Of a DNA stretch of 64,000 bases, positions 48,489 through 58,965 are shown piece by piece. Positions within the stretch are counted from its first letter, which is position 1. The number at the start of each line of letters is the position of its first letter. The notes below the pieces were generated by a model. The model saw nothing but the letters and a program-made list of their open reading frames with translations, was not told the origin of the DNA and searched no databases. The stretch covers positions 3,409 to 67,408 of the IMG/VR virus record IMGVR_UViG_3300036828_000198, one strand, 5' to 3'. A program made the translations under genes and the position numbers. Source of the stretch: a virus.

Positions 48489-48985
48489 ATCATCGCCTCG
48501 ATTAGTTTCGCATGCTTAGACCGATTACACTGTGAGCAGCCTGTCTGAACATTATAGAGACAGTGAAGCCCACTCTTAGAAAGTGGTATAACGTGGTCTA
48601 GATGCATTTCTTCAAACGGAACGAAGTCTCCGTTACAGACTAGCTTGATGCGACAGCAGCCTTCGTCACGTCCCCATACGGCTCGACGATCTATGCCACT
48701 TACGCAGGAACTATGTTCACACGATACCTGCAGTGATTGCCTACGACGCGCATGATTAGCTTCATGCTTCATACGTCCTTGTTCACTACTACCGTACTCT
48801 CTCTGATACTTCTTGATCTGATTCGCATTGTCTTCGTTATACTGTTTACGGTACGTAGCATATCGACTACGAGCATATGATGCTGTGCAATCTTTGCAAA
48901 TATAATCTCCATGTGAGAAACGCAGCGCAGTAATGTTCTTACCAACAATAAGAACACCACTACACTTACGACATATTTTCATCAC
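48485..48985 (-). CDS. HNH endonuclease
   Basis: VWGRDEGCC...HLDHVIPLSKSGLH...NVQ..C..CNRSK. Confidence 0.85.
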   Translation of the reverse strand: MMKICRKCSGVLIVGKNITALRFSHGDYICKDCTASYARSRYATYRKQYNEDNANQIKKYQREYGSSEQGRMKHEANHARRRQSLQVSCEHSSCVSGIDRRAVWGRDEGCCRIKLVCNGDFVPFEEMHLDHVIPLSKSGLHCLYNVQTGCSQCNRSKHAKLIEAMM

Positions 48986-49239
48986 ATTGGTCCAGTACCC
49001 TGGGGAATAATCTTGGCCCCAATATCATTAGGGTTGTTCTGCGCAGGATCAGAAGGCGTAATACGCTTACGAGAACTAGACATTCCGAAGGGCTTGATAG
49101 GCTCTCCGTCATTCTTAAGTCTGCCTCGAGCCTTCTTCCTTGCTTTCTTGGTCATCCTGACCTTAGGATGGCTAACCTGGTCAGAGTATGCAACCGAGAT
49201 CCCAGTCAACACACTGTCTTCTGCACCAGATTTGGCCAT
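48982..49239 (-). CDS. small basic protein
   Basis: AAGGAG RBS after late promoter motif. Confidence 0.6.
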   Translation of the reverse strand: MAKSGAEDSVLTGISVAYSDQVSHPKVRMTKKARKKARGRLKNDGEPIKPFGMSSSRKRITPSDPAQNNPNDIGAKIIPQGTGPM

Positions 49240-49259
49240 TCACACTCCTTAGTCTCTCG

Positions 49260-49298
49260 CTATCTTGATTTTACCGTAAGTCCACTATGAACCACAAC
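49260..49298 (-). promoter_or_regulatory. putative late promoter
   Basis: TTGTGG-18-TAAAAT; GGTAAAATCAAGATAG identical to 60380-60395. Confidence 0.65.
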
Positions 49299-49353
49299 GG
49301 ATTGTATAACATTGGGAAACACCGGAACCCTAGACATACAGTTTCCACAGGAA

Positions 49354-49782
49354 CTATAGTAGTCGTCTTTCCTGTCTTGCCTTATGAAGTGCATGATGTT
49401 TGTGTATAAGTTCCCTGGTTAGTTCTTTACCCATTAGATCAGGGTGATGATGTCTACAGAGCTTGAATGTTCCACCCGCAGCTTCATACTTGCCTAGACG
49501 CCAGCAGCCCCAAGGAAGCCAGCCTTCGGGATCGTGACAATTGTATCTCTTGTACTGTAGTACAAGCCATCCGAATACACCTGTCAATGCAAGAGGTGAC
49601 CAAGGGAACACGCTTCCGAACCCAGACCAGTAACAGTAAGGAAGACCCGTTGGTCCACATATGGTCCCTGTCTTGTAAGCATACCAGTGCTGCATCCAGG
49701 GCCAGGATATAGCAAACACTAGGCAGAGCAGTATTACTCCAGATGCAACTATCCGCCAGAACGATATCCATCTTGTACTCAT
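49354..49782 (-). CDS. membrane protein
   Basis: two TM segments; YWSGFGS; C...CWR.G...C..HHP. Confidence 0.65.
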   Translation of the reverse strand: MSTRWISFWRIVASGVILLCLVFAISWPWMQHWYAYKTGTICGPTGLPYCYWSGFGSVFPWSPLALTGVFGWLVLQYKRYNCHDPEGWLPWGCWRLGKYEAAGGTFKLCRHHHPDLMGKELTRELIHKHHALHKARQERRLL

Positions 49783-50120
49783 AGTCCTACTTTAACCTCG
49801 AATATGTTGAGTGCCGGAGCTATAATGGCGCCAGTGCCTATCCACTCATAGGTCCACTCATCTAGAGCGACACCAGCTGGTAGCAAGCCCGTAGTGTCTA
49901 CGTCTGCATGATACAGACCTACGGCATCTTTGGATATGCGAACATCAGGGAAGGTAATAGTTACTGTAGCAGCTGCAGATCCAGGCTTGTACTTGAGTAC
50001 TACAGTCGTAGGGTCTGCAAGGTTTCCGTTAACATCCCTGAAACCTCCAGTTGGAGTTGCTAGAGTTCCGCTATACGTTGCCATTCGTACAAGAGACCCT
50101 GTGTAGTATGTATTAACCAT
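49779..50120 (-). CDS. BppU-N/Ig-like structural protein
   Basis: FRDVNGNLADPTTV...GLYHADVDT...WTYEWIGTG. Confidence 0.6.
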   Translation of the reverse strand: MVNTYYTGSLVRMATYSGTLATPTGGFRDVNGNLADPTTVVLKYKPGSAAATVTITFPDVRISKDAVGLYHADVDTTGLLPAGVALDEWTYEWIGTGAIIAPALNIFEVKVGL

Positions 50121-50128
50121 ATTAACTC

Positions 50129-51634
50129 CTAGAGGAAGTAATCGAATGCACCTGTAGTATTAGCAAGTCTATCATACGCCCCTACAGTACCAACTGGACT
50201 ATCTGTTGCAGACACAGTATTCGGAGCCAATCGGTCAAATGCTGATACAGAACTAGCCGAACTATCAACTGCCTTAGTAGTATTAACCAGACTATCAACA
50301 GCAACTACAGTTCCACCAACGTGAGTTGGAGGTGGAGGAGGCGGAGGAAGAGCCGTTCGAACAAGACTTATGTAACCTAGACCAGGACCAGGACCTCCAA
50401 ACGATATACCTTGCACTCCAGACAAAATAGGATCAGGAGATGCAACATAGTTATACGGAGGCGGATTACTAACAAGTATACGAACACTATCAGGTGGGAA
50501 CTTAGTAGGAGCTACTACGACTATTGGCTGTACTGGGTTAGGCGGTCTAAGTGGAGTACGAGATATACTAGAGAAACCAGCAATAGTAGGAGTAGGCTGA
50601 ACAGATACTATAGGATCGGCAGTAGTAAGAACAGGAGGATCTTGTAGAGTATTCCTAATCAACTCTGGAACTGGATTAACGGTATAAGGTGAAGCAGATG
50701 TCGGCTGAACTTCTACAACAGGAACAGTCGTAGCACCCGAGGGCGGTATGATTGGCGGTTGAGGAGCTTGCGAAACAGCAGAGGTACCAGGTATCGTTGG
50801 TGTAGGTTGCGAAACTACAAGTGGCTGTGGAGTCGTTAGTACAGGTGGGTCCTGTAGAGTATTCCTAAACGATGATACAGAACCAGATATTGTGGGAGTA
50901 GGAGACGTTGTAACAATTATGCGAGAAGATCTTGGAGTAATGAAATCGGAGGTATCTTCCGTACCTCTGATAACGGTTGACGAACCTGGAATAACAGGTG
51001 ACGAGGCATCTACAACAATAGGTGGACTTGTTGTAAGGACAGGAGAATCTTGTAGAGTACTTCTTATCGTTACTGGATTAGGAGTAACAGTATAGGGACT
51101 AGCAGAGGTAGGCTGTTCTGTGACTATTGGTACAGTAGTAGGCCCGAAAGTAACAATAACAGGTGCCTGAGGAGCCTGTGATACGATTACTATACCAGAT
51201 ATCGTAGGAGTAGGCTGTGAAGAAATTATAACACGAGTTCGAGAATTAAAGTCAGTAGGATCTTCTAGGCCTCTAATAGTCGAAATATTACCAGGTACAA
51301 CAGGACTAGGCTGGACAACAACAATAGGCTGAGTTGGATTAACATCAGGTGCGTCTTGTAGTGAGTTCCTAAATGTAGCCGGAGGAGTACCTGAAACAGT
51401 TGGTGTTGGCTGTGAAGCAACTATAGTTCTAGAACTAGGATTATTGAAGTCAGTAGGATCTTGGTGCCCATGGGCAATAATCGGACTAGGAGCAATGATC
51501 ATAGCTGCCGCAGCAGCAACAGCTCCCATACAGTTTACTATAGTTTGTGTTCTAAGTCCTGTATCTGGAGCGTCCTGCAGATCATTACGAGAGAGGATAG
51601 GGGTATTCGGGTAACTGCGACCCATAATAGCCAT
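50129..51634 (-). CDS. Pro/Thr/Ser/Val-rich repeat protein
   Basis: ~32-aa repeats RNTLQDPPVLTT...QPTPTI.G. Confidence 0.8.
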   Translation of the reverse strand: MAIMGRSYPNTPILSRNDLQDAPDTGLRTQTIVNCMGAVAAAAAMIIAPSPIIAHGHQDPTDFNNPSSRTIVASQPTPTVSGTPPATFRNSLQDAPDVNPTQPIVVVQPSPVVPGNISTIRGLEDPTDFNSRTRVIISSQPTPTISGIVIVSQAPQAPVIVTFGPTTVPIVTEQPTSASPYTVTPNPVTIRSTLQDSPVLTTSPPIVVDASSPVIPGSSTVIRGTEDTSDFITPRSSRIIVTTSPTPTISGSVSSFRNTLQDPPVLTTPQPLVVSQPTPTIPGTSAVSQAPQPPIIPPSGATTVPVVEVQPTSASPYTVNPVPELIRNTLQDPPVLTTADPIVSVQPTPTIAGFSSISRTPLRPPNPVQPIVVVAPTKFPPDSVRILVSNPPPYNYVASPDPILSGVQGISFGGPGPGLGYISLVRTALPPPPPPPTHVGGTVVAVDSLVNTTKAVDSSASSVSAFDRLAPNTVSATDSPVGTVGAYDRLANTTGAFDYFL

Positions 51635-51645
51635 GACCTACCCCC

Positions 51646-52497
51646 TTACCAGTTAGCAGCGTCTGTAGTAGTTTGACTAGGAGCGACAATTACCTGGTTT
51701 GGTTGAGCTGTAACAGGAGCTGCGACGGCGACAGGAGCTATAGCAGCTACCGGTCCTACAAACGGCTGAACCGGGCCGAACGTCCCTGACAGCGCAGGCT
51801 GCCAGGGCAAGCTCCAAGAAGCAGAGCCGCCGCTAACTACGGACCCAGCAGGCAGAATCTCAATAGCGACTATGTTCTGGCCATCGGCGGCTGTGTTGCT
51901 AAACCCTATGGTTTGCGTGGACAAGCTGGACGTGAGGCCGGTCAGCCGGAATGCTGCGTACCTCTCGGTATCGCCGCTGTCACTAACACTCTGCCAGGCA
52001 GTGGTGACCCCGTTGACGGTTAGCGCTCCGGCAGCGATCACGTCCACCAGGCCGCCGCACAACAGCGAGTTCACCTGCGTGGGGGTGATCGCGATGCCAA
52101 AAGCAGTTGTGTTCAGCGCCGTGGCCGAAGCGCCCAGGCAGGTCGCCTTAGGCTGCGCCCCGGTGAGCACCTTGACGCACAACGAGTTGCCGAGGAAGTT
52201 GGTCCCCGTCGCCGGGGTGTAGGTAACAGTCCGCGCTGCGGGACTGGCCCCGGCGTCAGCCGCCCACACTTCCGACGCGCCGCCGTTACCAGCGCTGGCG
52301 CGCTTCAGCAGCGTCCAGGCGGAGCTGATCGAATCGGTGACGGTCCCGGTAGCGGTACCCGACCCAGTGTTGTTGCCGACGTTACCGATGGCCAGGATCA
52401 GAGAGTTTGCAGGTGGGGTAAAGCTCGTAGTCGTTAGGGCTGCATTCGCAGTATTGGTAAGCGCCGCTGGGGCACTGGCATCTTCAGCTATTGACAC
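51646..52497 (-). CDS. beta-rich putative virion protein
   Basis: TTTSFTPPANSLILA; resembles N-terminus of 35165 protein; higher GC. Confidence 0.7.
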   Translation of the reverse strand: MSIAEDASAPAALTNTANAALTTTSFTPPANSLILAIGNVGNNTGSGTATGTVTDSISSAWTLLKRASAGNGGASEVWAADAGASPAARTVTYTPATGTNFLGNSLCVKVLTGAQPKATCLGASATALNTTAFGIAITPTQVNSLLCGGLVDVIAAGALTVNGVTTAWQSVSDSGDTERYAAFRLTGLTSSLSTQTIGFSNTAADGQNIVAIEILPAGSVVSGGSASWSLPWQPALSGTFGPVQPFVGPVAAIAPVAVAAPVTAQPNQVIVAPSQTTTDAANW

Positions 52498-52525
52498 CGG
52501 CCCACCTCCTCTTTAGGGCAGGAGG

Positions 52526-53116
52526 TCAGCCCAATAGCTCAACGGTAAGCTCTTCGCAGGTGATGCTGGTCAGGGCGGTGGTCACGTTGGGCGTAGTAAC
52601 CACGTAGATGTTCTGGTTCGTGTTCGTGACCAGCCCGGTCGCAGTCTGAGCCACAGTCGCTAGTGCATTAGTAATGGGCAGCGTGCTCGGCAGTCCCATT
52701 GCACTGATCGCAGTAGCTTGCTGCTGCCAGCCTCTGCCCCGGACACTTGCGTTAGTACCGGTAGACGTAGATACAGCCAGGATAATTCCCCTGTACTCCA
52801 TCTCCCAAGGCCAGTTAGCGGACCCGGTGTTAGGAACCAGAACCGGAGCAGTCACGCCAAGAATTGCCGGGGTAGTAGCGAACGCCGTACCCACCTGGTT
52901 CATGTAGAACCCCCAGGTAGGCGTCGCTGTCGCCGCCGACGTAACAATGTTGCCCTGAGCCAGGATTCGCACCCGCGTTCCAGCCTTCAAGCTGTCAGCC
53001 GGAATAACTTGCGTGTACGGCGAAATGTCAGTTGCCGCTGCTGCGATGGCCGGGCTAGCTGTCGCAGTCGCCCCGAGGACGTCGAGGACGGGAGCAGACC
53101 AAGCAACAGAAGGCAT
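52526..53116 (-). CDS. putative virion protein
   Basis: Ala/Thr-rich ORF with RBS. Confidence 0.65.
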   Translation of the reverse strand: MPSVAWSAPVLDVLGATATASPAIAAAATDISPYTQVIPADSLKAGTRVRILAQGNIVTSAATATPTWGFYMNQVGTAFATTPAILGVTAPVLVPNTGSANWPWEMEYRGIILAVSTSTGTNASVRGRGWQQQATAISAMGLPSTLPITNALATVAQTATGLVTNTNQNIYVVTTPNVTTALTSITCEELTVELLG

Positions 53117-53128
53117 GTGTCACTCCTA

Positions 53129-53326
53129 TCAAAATATTCTGGGTCCTGCTTCGACTATCTTATATGCTTCAGGAAAATGCATCATAGAAGGCGACGCTTC
53201 ACAGTGGAAGCGATCCCGATGTTGAATCGCTGCCGGAGCAGTTGAATCGGGTTCGCTGTCCACTATGAAGGTCCTCGCTGTTCCCGATGCCTTCCGGATC
53301 TTCCGGTGGCAGTAGTAGCACTGCAT
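53129..53326 (-). CDS. small hypothetical protein
   Basis: CYYC...C...H. Confidence 0.5.
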   Translation of the reverse strand: MQCYYCHRKIRKASGTARTFIVDSEPDSTAPAAIQHRDRFHCEASPSMMHFPEAYKIVEAGPRIF

Positions 53327-53343
53327 GTCCGCCTCACTTAGTG

Positions 53344-53616
53344 CTAGGGAAGAGCTGTTGCAGTTTCAGCAGGAGAGTCAGCAGGAGCAGAAGAAGCAGT
53401 CTGAATAACTGCCTTAACCTGTGCTCCTACTCCTACCTTAGCCGCTTCAGTAGGCTGACCGTCGGGTCCGAACCCAGAGTCAGCGTTCTCTTCGTGCTCA
53501 TGAACGATCTTTACACCAGTGATCTCGTGTTCAGTTCCGTCTACATCTACTACGACAGGGACACCTGCACGGACGTCCGCGAGCATCTCCTGTACGTCTG
53601 CGTGAGTGTTTCCCAT
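53344..53616 (-). CDS. hypothetical protein
   Basis: GAGGA RBS; MGNTHADV. Confidence 0.6.
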   Translation of the reverse strand: MGNTHADVQEMLADVRAGVPVVVDVDGTEHEITGVKIVHEHEENADSGFGPDGQPTEAAKVGVGAQVKAVIQTASSAPADSPAETATALP

Positions 53617-53617
53617 A

Positions 53618-54103
53618 TCAGATCCTCTCGAAGAACATGGATGCACGAGCGTTGACGACAGCTGGTGCCGTGAGCCTAATAGAGAACCCGTTACTGACTG
53701 CAGCGTCGGGAACGTCACCGAGCGGGCAGTCATACACGACCGTACCACCGTTAGGCGTAAGCAGGTACGCGTCAACGTTGGTCTGAACCGTAGGCTCAGA
53801 CGAACAGTTGTACCCACCAGTGAATCCGAGCGTGATAGCCCGACCGTATATCTGCTGAATGTTAGGCGTAGTCGCTAGGTTCGTGTTACCAGTACCTGCA
53901 GTGGAGTTAGTCGCTGCAGTGTTGTAGTTCAGCTCTACGAAGACCGGAACGGCAGAAGCAGTGACACCGTCAAAAGACAGACGATACTTCTTCCAGTCCA
54001 TACCGAAGTTCGCAGTACCCGTAACGAATATAATCGTCTTAGCCGTAGCAGCAAGAAGACCTACAGCTGCGCCTGTCTGCGCTGAATACCCTGCCTTTGC
54101 CAT
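53618..54103 (-). CDS. putative virion protein
   Basis: SFDGVTASAVPVFVEL...IRLTAPAVVN. Confidence 0.7.
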   Translation of the reverse strand: MAKAGYSAQTGAAVGLLAATAKTIIFVTGTANFGMDWKKYRLSFDGVTASAVPVFVELNYNTAATNSTAGTGNTNLATTPNIQQIYGRAITLGFTGGYNCSSEPTVQTNVDAYLLTPNGGTVVYDCPLGDVPDAAVSNGFSIRLTAPAVVNARASMFFERI

Positions 54104-54112
54104 TGTCCGTCC

Positions 54113-54517
54113 TTAACTCGTAGTAGCCGTAGCTACTGAGTAGTTCACTGTTCCAGCAGCTCCCGTACTCGTCTGCTGAAGAGTAACTACATATATCTGA
54201 CCCGGAATAGTAGGTGGAGTTGCCGCTATAAGCGGATCGTCTACCGAGAACGGAATAGAGTAAGTAGTAGACGCAGTCGTTGTGAGTACCTGTGCGACGC
54301 CTACTAGCGTTCCGACTAGGCTCGCACGCCTTACACGCAGTGTAACTGCAGTAGTCAGAGTACCTGTAGAGTAATTAACGAATCCATCTACGATGACATG
54401 ACTAAGAAGCAGTCCGCCAGGTTCTGCTGGAAGCGGAACACCTGGCAATGTCATAGCTACGAATTCAGCAGTAGCTGCGCCTGCAAGTCCAGTTGCCGAC
54501 GCGACTGATCTCTTCAT
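54113..54517 (-). CDS. putative virion protein, paralog of 54528-54941
   Basis: SHVIVDGFVN...LRVRR...DDP. Confidence 0.7.
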   Translation of the reverse strand: MKRSVASATGLAGAATAEFVAMTLPGVPLPAEPGGLLLSHVIVDGFVNYSTGTLTTAVTLRVRRASLVGTLVGVAQVLTTTASTTYSIPFSVDDPLIAATPPTIPGQIYVVTLQQTSTGAAGTVNYSVATATTS

Positions 54518-54527
54518 ACCTTTCCTC

Positions 54528-54941
54528 CTAGTTCGCAGTCGCGTGAGCAACGGCGTAGTTCGAAGCACCAGCAACAGTCGCTGGTCCTGCTGACTGCTGA
54601 ACTGTCAGCACGTACTGCTGACCTGGTACATTAGGCGGAGTTGTCTGAATGACAGGATCGTCAGCCATTATTGCTAGGGACTGAGGAGCTCCAGCTGCAC
54701 ATGCAACTACTAGAGCCGCTCCGATCAGTGTACCTGCAATAGTAGTGCCTCTGCGCAACCTGACTGTTAGCTGTGTAGCTCCTGTTCCAGGAGTAAAGTT
54801 GACAAATGCATCAACTACGAGATGACTCCACAATATCCCAGAAGCCTCTCCCTCTACAGGAACGAACGGAAGAGTTAGAACTACACCTTCAGCCGTAATA
54901 GGGCTAGCGATTGCTGACCCAGAGACTACAACCCTCTGCAT
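54528..54941 (-). CDS. putative virion protein, paralog of 54113-54517
   Basis: SHLVVDAFVN...VRLRR...DDP. Confidence 0.7.
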   Translation of the reverse strand: MQRVVVSGSAIASPITAEGVVLTLPFVPVEGEASGILWSHLVVDAFVNFTPGTGATQLTVRLRRGTTIAGTLIGAALVVACAAGAPQSLAIMADDPVIQTTPPNVPGQQYVLTVQQSAGPATVAGASNYAVAHATAN

Positions 54942-54957
54942 GCTTTTCTCCTTGTCA

Positions 54958-56997
54958 TTACTGGCCCCTTCTGTTACCCTTGCCTGAACTGTCACCCTTG
55001 CCAGTAGACGGAGCAACAGTTCCAGGCTTAGTTTGCCTTGGTAGCCCAACCCTAGGCGGCTTCGGAGGCGGTACATTAGGCCCAGGAACGTTAGCGTTTT
55101 GCTTATGCTGTGCACCTACACCTGCACCAGACTGTTGCTGCTGTCCAGGCTGAAGACCAATCGGCCCCTTGATCTGTTCGGGTTGCGATGGCTGCGCTGG
55201 CGGAGGCTCACTAGGCGTTGCTGGCTGTCCAGGCATATTTGCCGGCAAAGTCTGGTGTCCGGGACCTGGCTCTTCACTAGGTGCAGGCTGAATCTTCTGC
55301 GGGTTAGTCTGTGCAGGAGTACGAACCAGACGAGCCGTAGCAGTGTTAACAGGTGGAAGACCCATCTCATCCCGGATCTGGTTCTCCAGATCATCATCTG
55401 GAACAATAATACCTGCACCGACATAGTTCCTAAGCGTAAAGCTCTGAGTACGCCAGTCTTCCTGCTCGCCAATCCTCTTGGCGTATACCTCAGGATATAC
55501 GGATCTAGTCCAGTTAAAGTCAACCAGCTGAGGAATGGCATACTTGTTCACTACATCCAGTAGGATGTCAGCCGTAAACCTTGTTGCCTTCAGGAACATC
55601 GTGTGTTGCTCTTCAATGTCCGTCTTCTCAGTGACCATAAACTGACCCAGGATGCCCTGAGGAATCATCTGATCATGGTGCTTAATGCTCGGAATGCAGT
55701 CAACCGGGTGACCCTTAAGCTCAGCGAATGCCAACGTCCACAATGGAGGCAGTACAACATGGGCTCGATCGTTTGTCCTAAGGTTTCGACCTAGCTGGTC
55801 AGCTAGCTTCAAGTCATCGTTAGAATATCCTACAGGAAGAGATACGACAGGGATACCAATACCATGCCGTTCCTTCTGAATAGCATCGATCTTATACAGG
55901 TTATCCTTGTAGTACCAGTGCTTATAGGCAGACCTGAGAATAGATATACCTTCTACGTTACCTGCTTCCTTGTCAAAGGAGAACACTATCAGCTTGCTAA
56001 TTGGAATGTTAATCCACCTAGAGAACGCTTGAATAGTTCCACCCTGGAAGGTAGGCGGAATGCTCTGAGGACCACCAGCAACAGCTGCCTCACCAGGCCA
56101 AACTGGAGGAGCCCACATGTCTACCGAAAGAGGTCCACCATTTATGTCGTAGAACCATTCCTTGACATCCATCGGGTGCCTAGGCGCGAACTTCTTCCAA
56201 CAGATCTTGCCTCTAGCACTAGGATCATTGGTTACATTCTCGCCATAATCGAACACTTTCTCGAACATATAGTAGCCGAAGTCCAACATAAGCAGGGCTT
56301 CAGTGACAAATTGGGACCAGGACATAGACGTCCACTTGGTCAGGTTGTTCCAAACAAAGTTCGCAATGTTTACATCTCTAGTGCTCTCACTTGCAGGCTT
56401 GATACCCCACTGAGCAGCTAGAACAGGAGTCTTAGCAAGACGCATAGTACCACGTACGGTACCATCACTCTTACGCATCTTGTCATACATACGCAGACCC
56501 TTAAATCCGAACAGGTCTGCATTGTACTCTCTACGAGTCCAAGCCGTCCACGGTGATGCTACTGCAGTGCCCAACTCAGTACCCATAGTGTCAGAATCGC
56601 TAACACCAATGCTCTGAGACAGATCAACCCTAGTATGAGGCTTAATTGTACCGGAAGTTGCTCCAATTCCGATCCTCTGGTTGCCTGTTTCAGCAGGAAG
56701 ACCAGCATATGGCTGCGGATTACTCCCAAATCCAGCAAGAGACATCTGACGATCGCCAACATCAGGAATAAGAGCACCTCTACCAGATATGATCTCTGGC
56801 TCAGGATACCTAGGCGCAACAACAATGAACTCCCTACCAGTTTCACCACTAACAATCACCGGGTCACTGTGATTTAGGACGTCGTTAAGGTCAACCCGTT
56901 CCAAATTATTGAGGTCGAATATCTGAGCACGAATACGTGGCTTGGCAGCGCGCCTCTCCTCATCTGACAGAGATTCCACAGGCCCGTTATCAGTCAT
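54958..56997 (-). CDS. portal protein (DUF935/Mu gp29-like) with Pro/Gln-rich tail
   Basis: YDKMRKSD, FGYYMFEKV, GISILRSAYKHW, ERHGIGIP. Confidence 0.9.
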   Translation of the reverse strand: MTDNGPVESLSDEERRAAKPRIRAQIFDLNNLERVDLNDVLNHSDPVIVSGETGREFIVVAPRYPEPEIISGRGALIPDVGDRQMSLAGFGSNPQPYAGLPAETGNQRIGIGATSGTIKPHTRVDLSQSIGVSDSDTMGTELGTAVASPWTAWTRREYNADLFGFKGLRMYDKMRKSDGTVRGTMRLAKTPVLAAQWGIKPASESTRDVNIANFVWNNLTKWTSMSWSQFVTEALLMLDFGYYMFEKVFDYGENVTNDPSARGKICWKKFAPRHPMDVKEWFYDINGGPLSVDMWAPPVWPGEAAVAGGPQSIPPTFQGGTIQAFSRWINIPISKLIVFSFDKEAGNVEGISILRSAYKHWYYKDNLYKIDAIQKERHGIGIPVVSLPVGYSNDDLKLADQLGRNLRTNDRAHVVLPPLWTLAFAELKGHPVDCIPSIKHHDQMIPQGILGQFMVTEKTDIEEQHTMFLKATRFTADILLDVVNKYAIPQLVDFNWTRSVYPEVYAKRIGEQEDWRTQSFTLRNYVGAGIIVPDDDLENQIRDEMGLPPVNTATARLVRTPAQTNPQKIQPAPSEEPGPGHQTLPANMPGQPATPSEPPPAQPSQPEQIKGPIGLQPGQQQQSGAGVGAQHKQNANVPGPNVPPPKPPRVGLPRQTKPGTVAPSTGKGDSSGKGNRRGQ

Positions 56998-57007
56998 TAT
57001 TCACCTC

Positions 57008-58543
57008 CTAGAAGTCCTTATCCATAGTAAATGTGCCGCCAAATATGGATCCTTCGTGCGAACCGAACATATCACTGTCCAAATCCATAATACTTGTTGC
57101 AGATCTAGAATTGGCTGCTATCAGTTCACTAGTCCTATTAGGCGCTCCCCGCTCAACACCCTTTGCATTAGAAGACAGCTCTACTAGTTCAGTCGCACCT
57201 TCAGTCATTACGTCGGCTAGGCTATAACTGGCACCCATTTTGTAAAGACACACCAAAGCGTACCTCAGTGCGTCTATTGTGTGGTCTTCAACTTTATTAC
57301 CCAATTCGGGAACGTTGCGACCCTTAATTGGATCCTTGCTCCTGTAGTTCGAGAACTCCTTAGTCACGGCTCTACACGACGGATCTACGAAGAACGACGG
57401 CTCATACTCTGGCGTTCCGTACTCATCCTGACTAACTTCCCGATCAGCTCTCATGAAATCACGCATCAGCATGATACCATCTAGCCAAGTATATAGGGAC
57501 TTCAGTTCCTTAGGCGCATAGAACGGGAACCCGAACTGCTGACCTGCAACTATTACACCCTCAGGATCTGCTGGATCTGCGAACCCCATGTTGACATGGT
57601 ACCCTGGAGGGTTATCCTGAGCCTTGTACTCACCAATTGCATCAATCAAGGTCTTGTACGACTTGTAGTACACCCTCCATACGAATATTCTATCGTCAGG
57701 CGATACCTGAAACTCTACAATGGCTAGAGGGTTAGTATAACCAAAGTCAATAGTAATGTAATTCTTCCAGGCTGGATTGAAAACATACGGACGAATGTGC
57801 AGGAACTCGTCCCAGTCAGGGAAAATCCTGCCAACGAAGCTAGCAAAGTCAGCAGCAATTTCCTGTGAGAACCAAGCCGGATCCATAGTGGCCCGAAGCA
57901 ACTCAATTTCCGAGTCTGTCTCTCCTCCGGGGTAGATATGAGAGTTTGCCCAGCTGGGAAACTTCCAGGACTCGTAGTCTGGAAGCGTAGGATCACGACC
58001 GAAACCAAACAAGTCGTAGATCCAGTTGAACCCTTCAGGCGTAGTTGGAAAGTCTGCTGAGCCATGGAAATCAGTCAGCGCAGGCCTGATCAACCGATCC
58101 CACGTTTCCTGCTTATGCTTGGCTGCCTCACACATAATGACATGGTGGAGACCTTCACCCACGAGTGAATCTGGGTTCTCAGCCGACTTAACCTCTACTC
58201 TTGCACCCCAAGGGAACGCAATGAACATGTCTCCCTGGCGAACGTTGTAAGCCTTCTTTACTCTTTTGTCCCTACCGAACTTCTTCTTGATAATCAGGTC
58301 TTTCCAGATGACACGGAACTCTTTTTCGCCCAGTCCATAGTTGGGGCCCACTAGCCATACATAGCCATCAGGAATGAGCACATGCTTCGGAATAGCATCT
58401 CGAGCTGCCATTGTCGACTTGCCGAACCTTCGTCCGCAAGTAGCTACTCGGAACCTGGCCTTACTCCTATGAAACGACCACTGCTCCCTAAACGGCTCGT
58501 AGCCAATTGACTTGAAGTATGCATCTACCGAAGGCATGTGCAC
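57008..58543 (-). CDS. terL: terminase large subunit
   Basis: CGRRFGKS, IMCEAA, TTPEGFNW, IDFGYTNP, DHTIDALRY. Confidence 0.93.
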   Translation of the reverse strand: MHMPSVDAYFKSIGYEPFREQWSFHRSKARFRVATCGRRFGKSTMAARDAIPKHVLIPDGYVWLVGPNYGLGEKEFRVIWKDLIIKKKFGRDKRVKKAYNVRQGDMFIAFPWGARVEVKSAENPDSLVGEGLHHVIMCEAAKHKQETWDRLIRPALTDFHGSADFPTTPEGFNWIYDLFGFGRDPTLPDYESWKFPSWANSHIYPGGETDSEIELLRATMDPAWFSQEIAADFASFVGRIFPDWDEFLHIRPYVFNPAWKNYITIDFGYTNPLAIVEFQVSPDDRIFVWRVYYKSYKTLIDAIGEYKAQDNPPGYHVNMGFADPADPEGVIVAGQQFGFPFYAPKELKSLYTWLDGIMLMRDFMRADREVSQDEYGTPEYEPSFFVDPSCRAVTKEFSNYRSKDPIKGRNVPELGNKVEDHTIDALRYALVCLYKMGASYSLADVMTEGATELVELSSNAKGVERGAPNRTSELIAANSRSATSIMDLDSDMFGSHEGSIFGGTFTMDKDF

Positions 58544-58550
58544 CTCCCTT

Positions 58551-58763
58551 CTAAAGTCCTGCGAACGGTGCAGCGAAGTTGGAGTTCTCCGCTACACCAG
58601 TTGGAGTTACAATAGCCAGATAGTTCGAGTTCGAAATCGAACGCAAGCCGATCTGGATAGTGTACGTACCAGGAGGAACAGTACCACCCGAAATGACAGG
58701 AGTACTAGCCACGCCCGCTGTAACGGTGAACGTAATCGTAGCAGTCCTGTCAGGCAGGCTCAT
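58551..58763 (-). CDS. small beta-rich protein, paralog of 58760-58960
   Basis: ITFTVT.G...GTYTI...IVTP.G. Confidence 0.65.
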   Translation of the reverse strand: MSLPDRTATITFTVTAGVASTPVISGGTVPPGTYTIQIGLRSISNSNYLAIVTPTGVAENSNFAAPFAGL

Positions 58764-58960
58764 TCGATGTCGTCTCCCTTAGTGAACCCCGACTGACCAG
58801 TTGCGCCATATGGCGTAACAATGTCAAGAGTGAATCCGGTGTTGTCACCCGTAACGGTAATGGTGTACGTACCATCTGAAAGCGTGTTGCCTGCCGAGGA
58901 GACAGCACTAGGAGTGCCAGAGGTAACCGTAAACGTGAGTGTACCAGAAGTAAACGCCAT
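58760..58960 (-). CDS. small beta-rich protein, paralog of 58551-58763
   Basis: LTFTVT.G...GTYTI...IVTP.G. Confidence 0.65.
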   Translation of the reverse strand: MAFTSGTLTFTVTSGTPSAVSSAGNTLSDGTYTITVTGDNTGFTLDIVTPYGATGQSGFTKGDDIE

Positions 58961-58965
58961 GAGAC

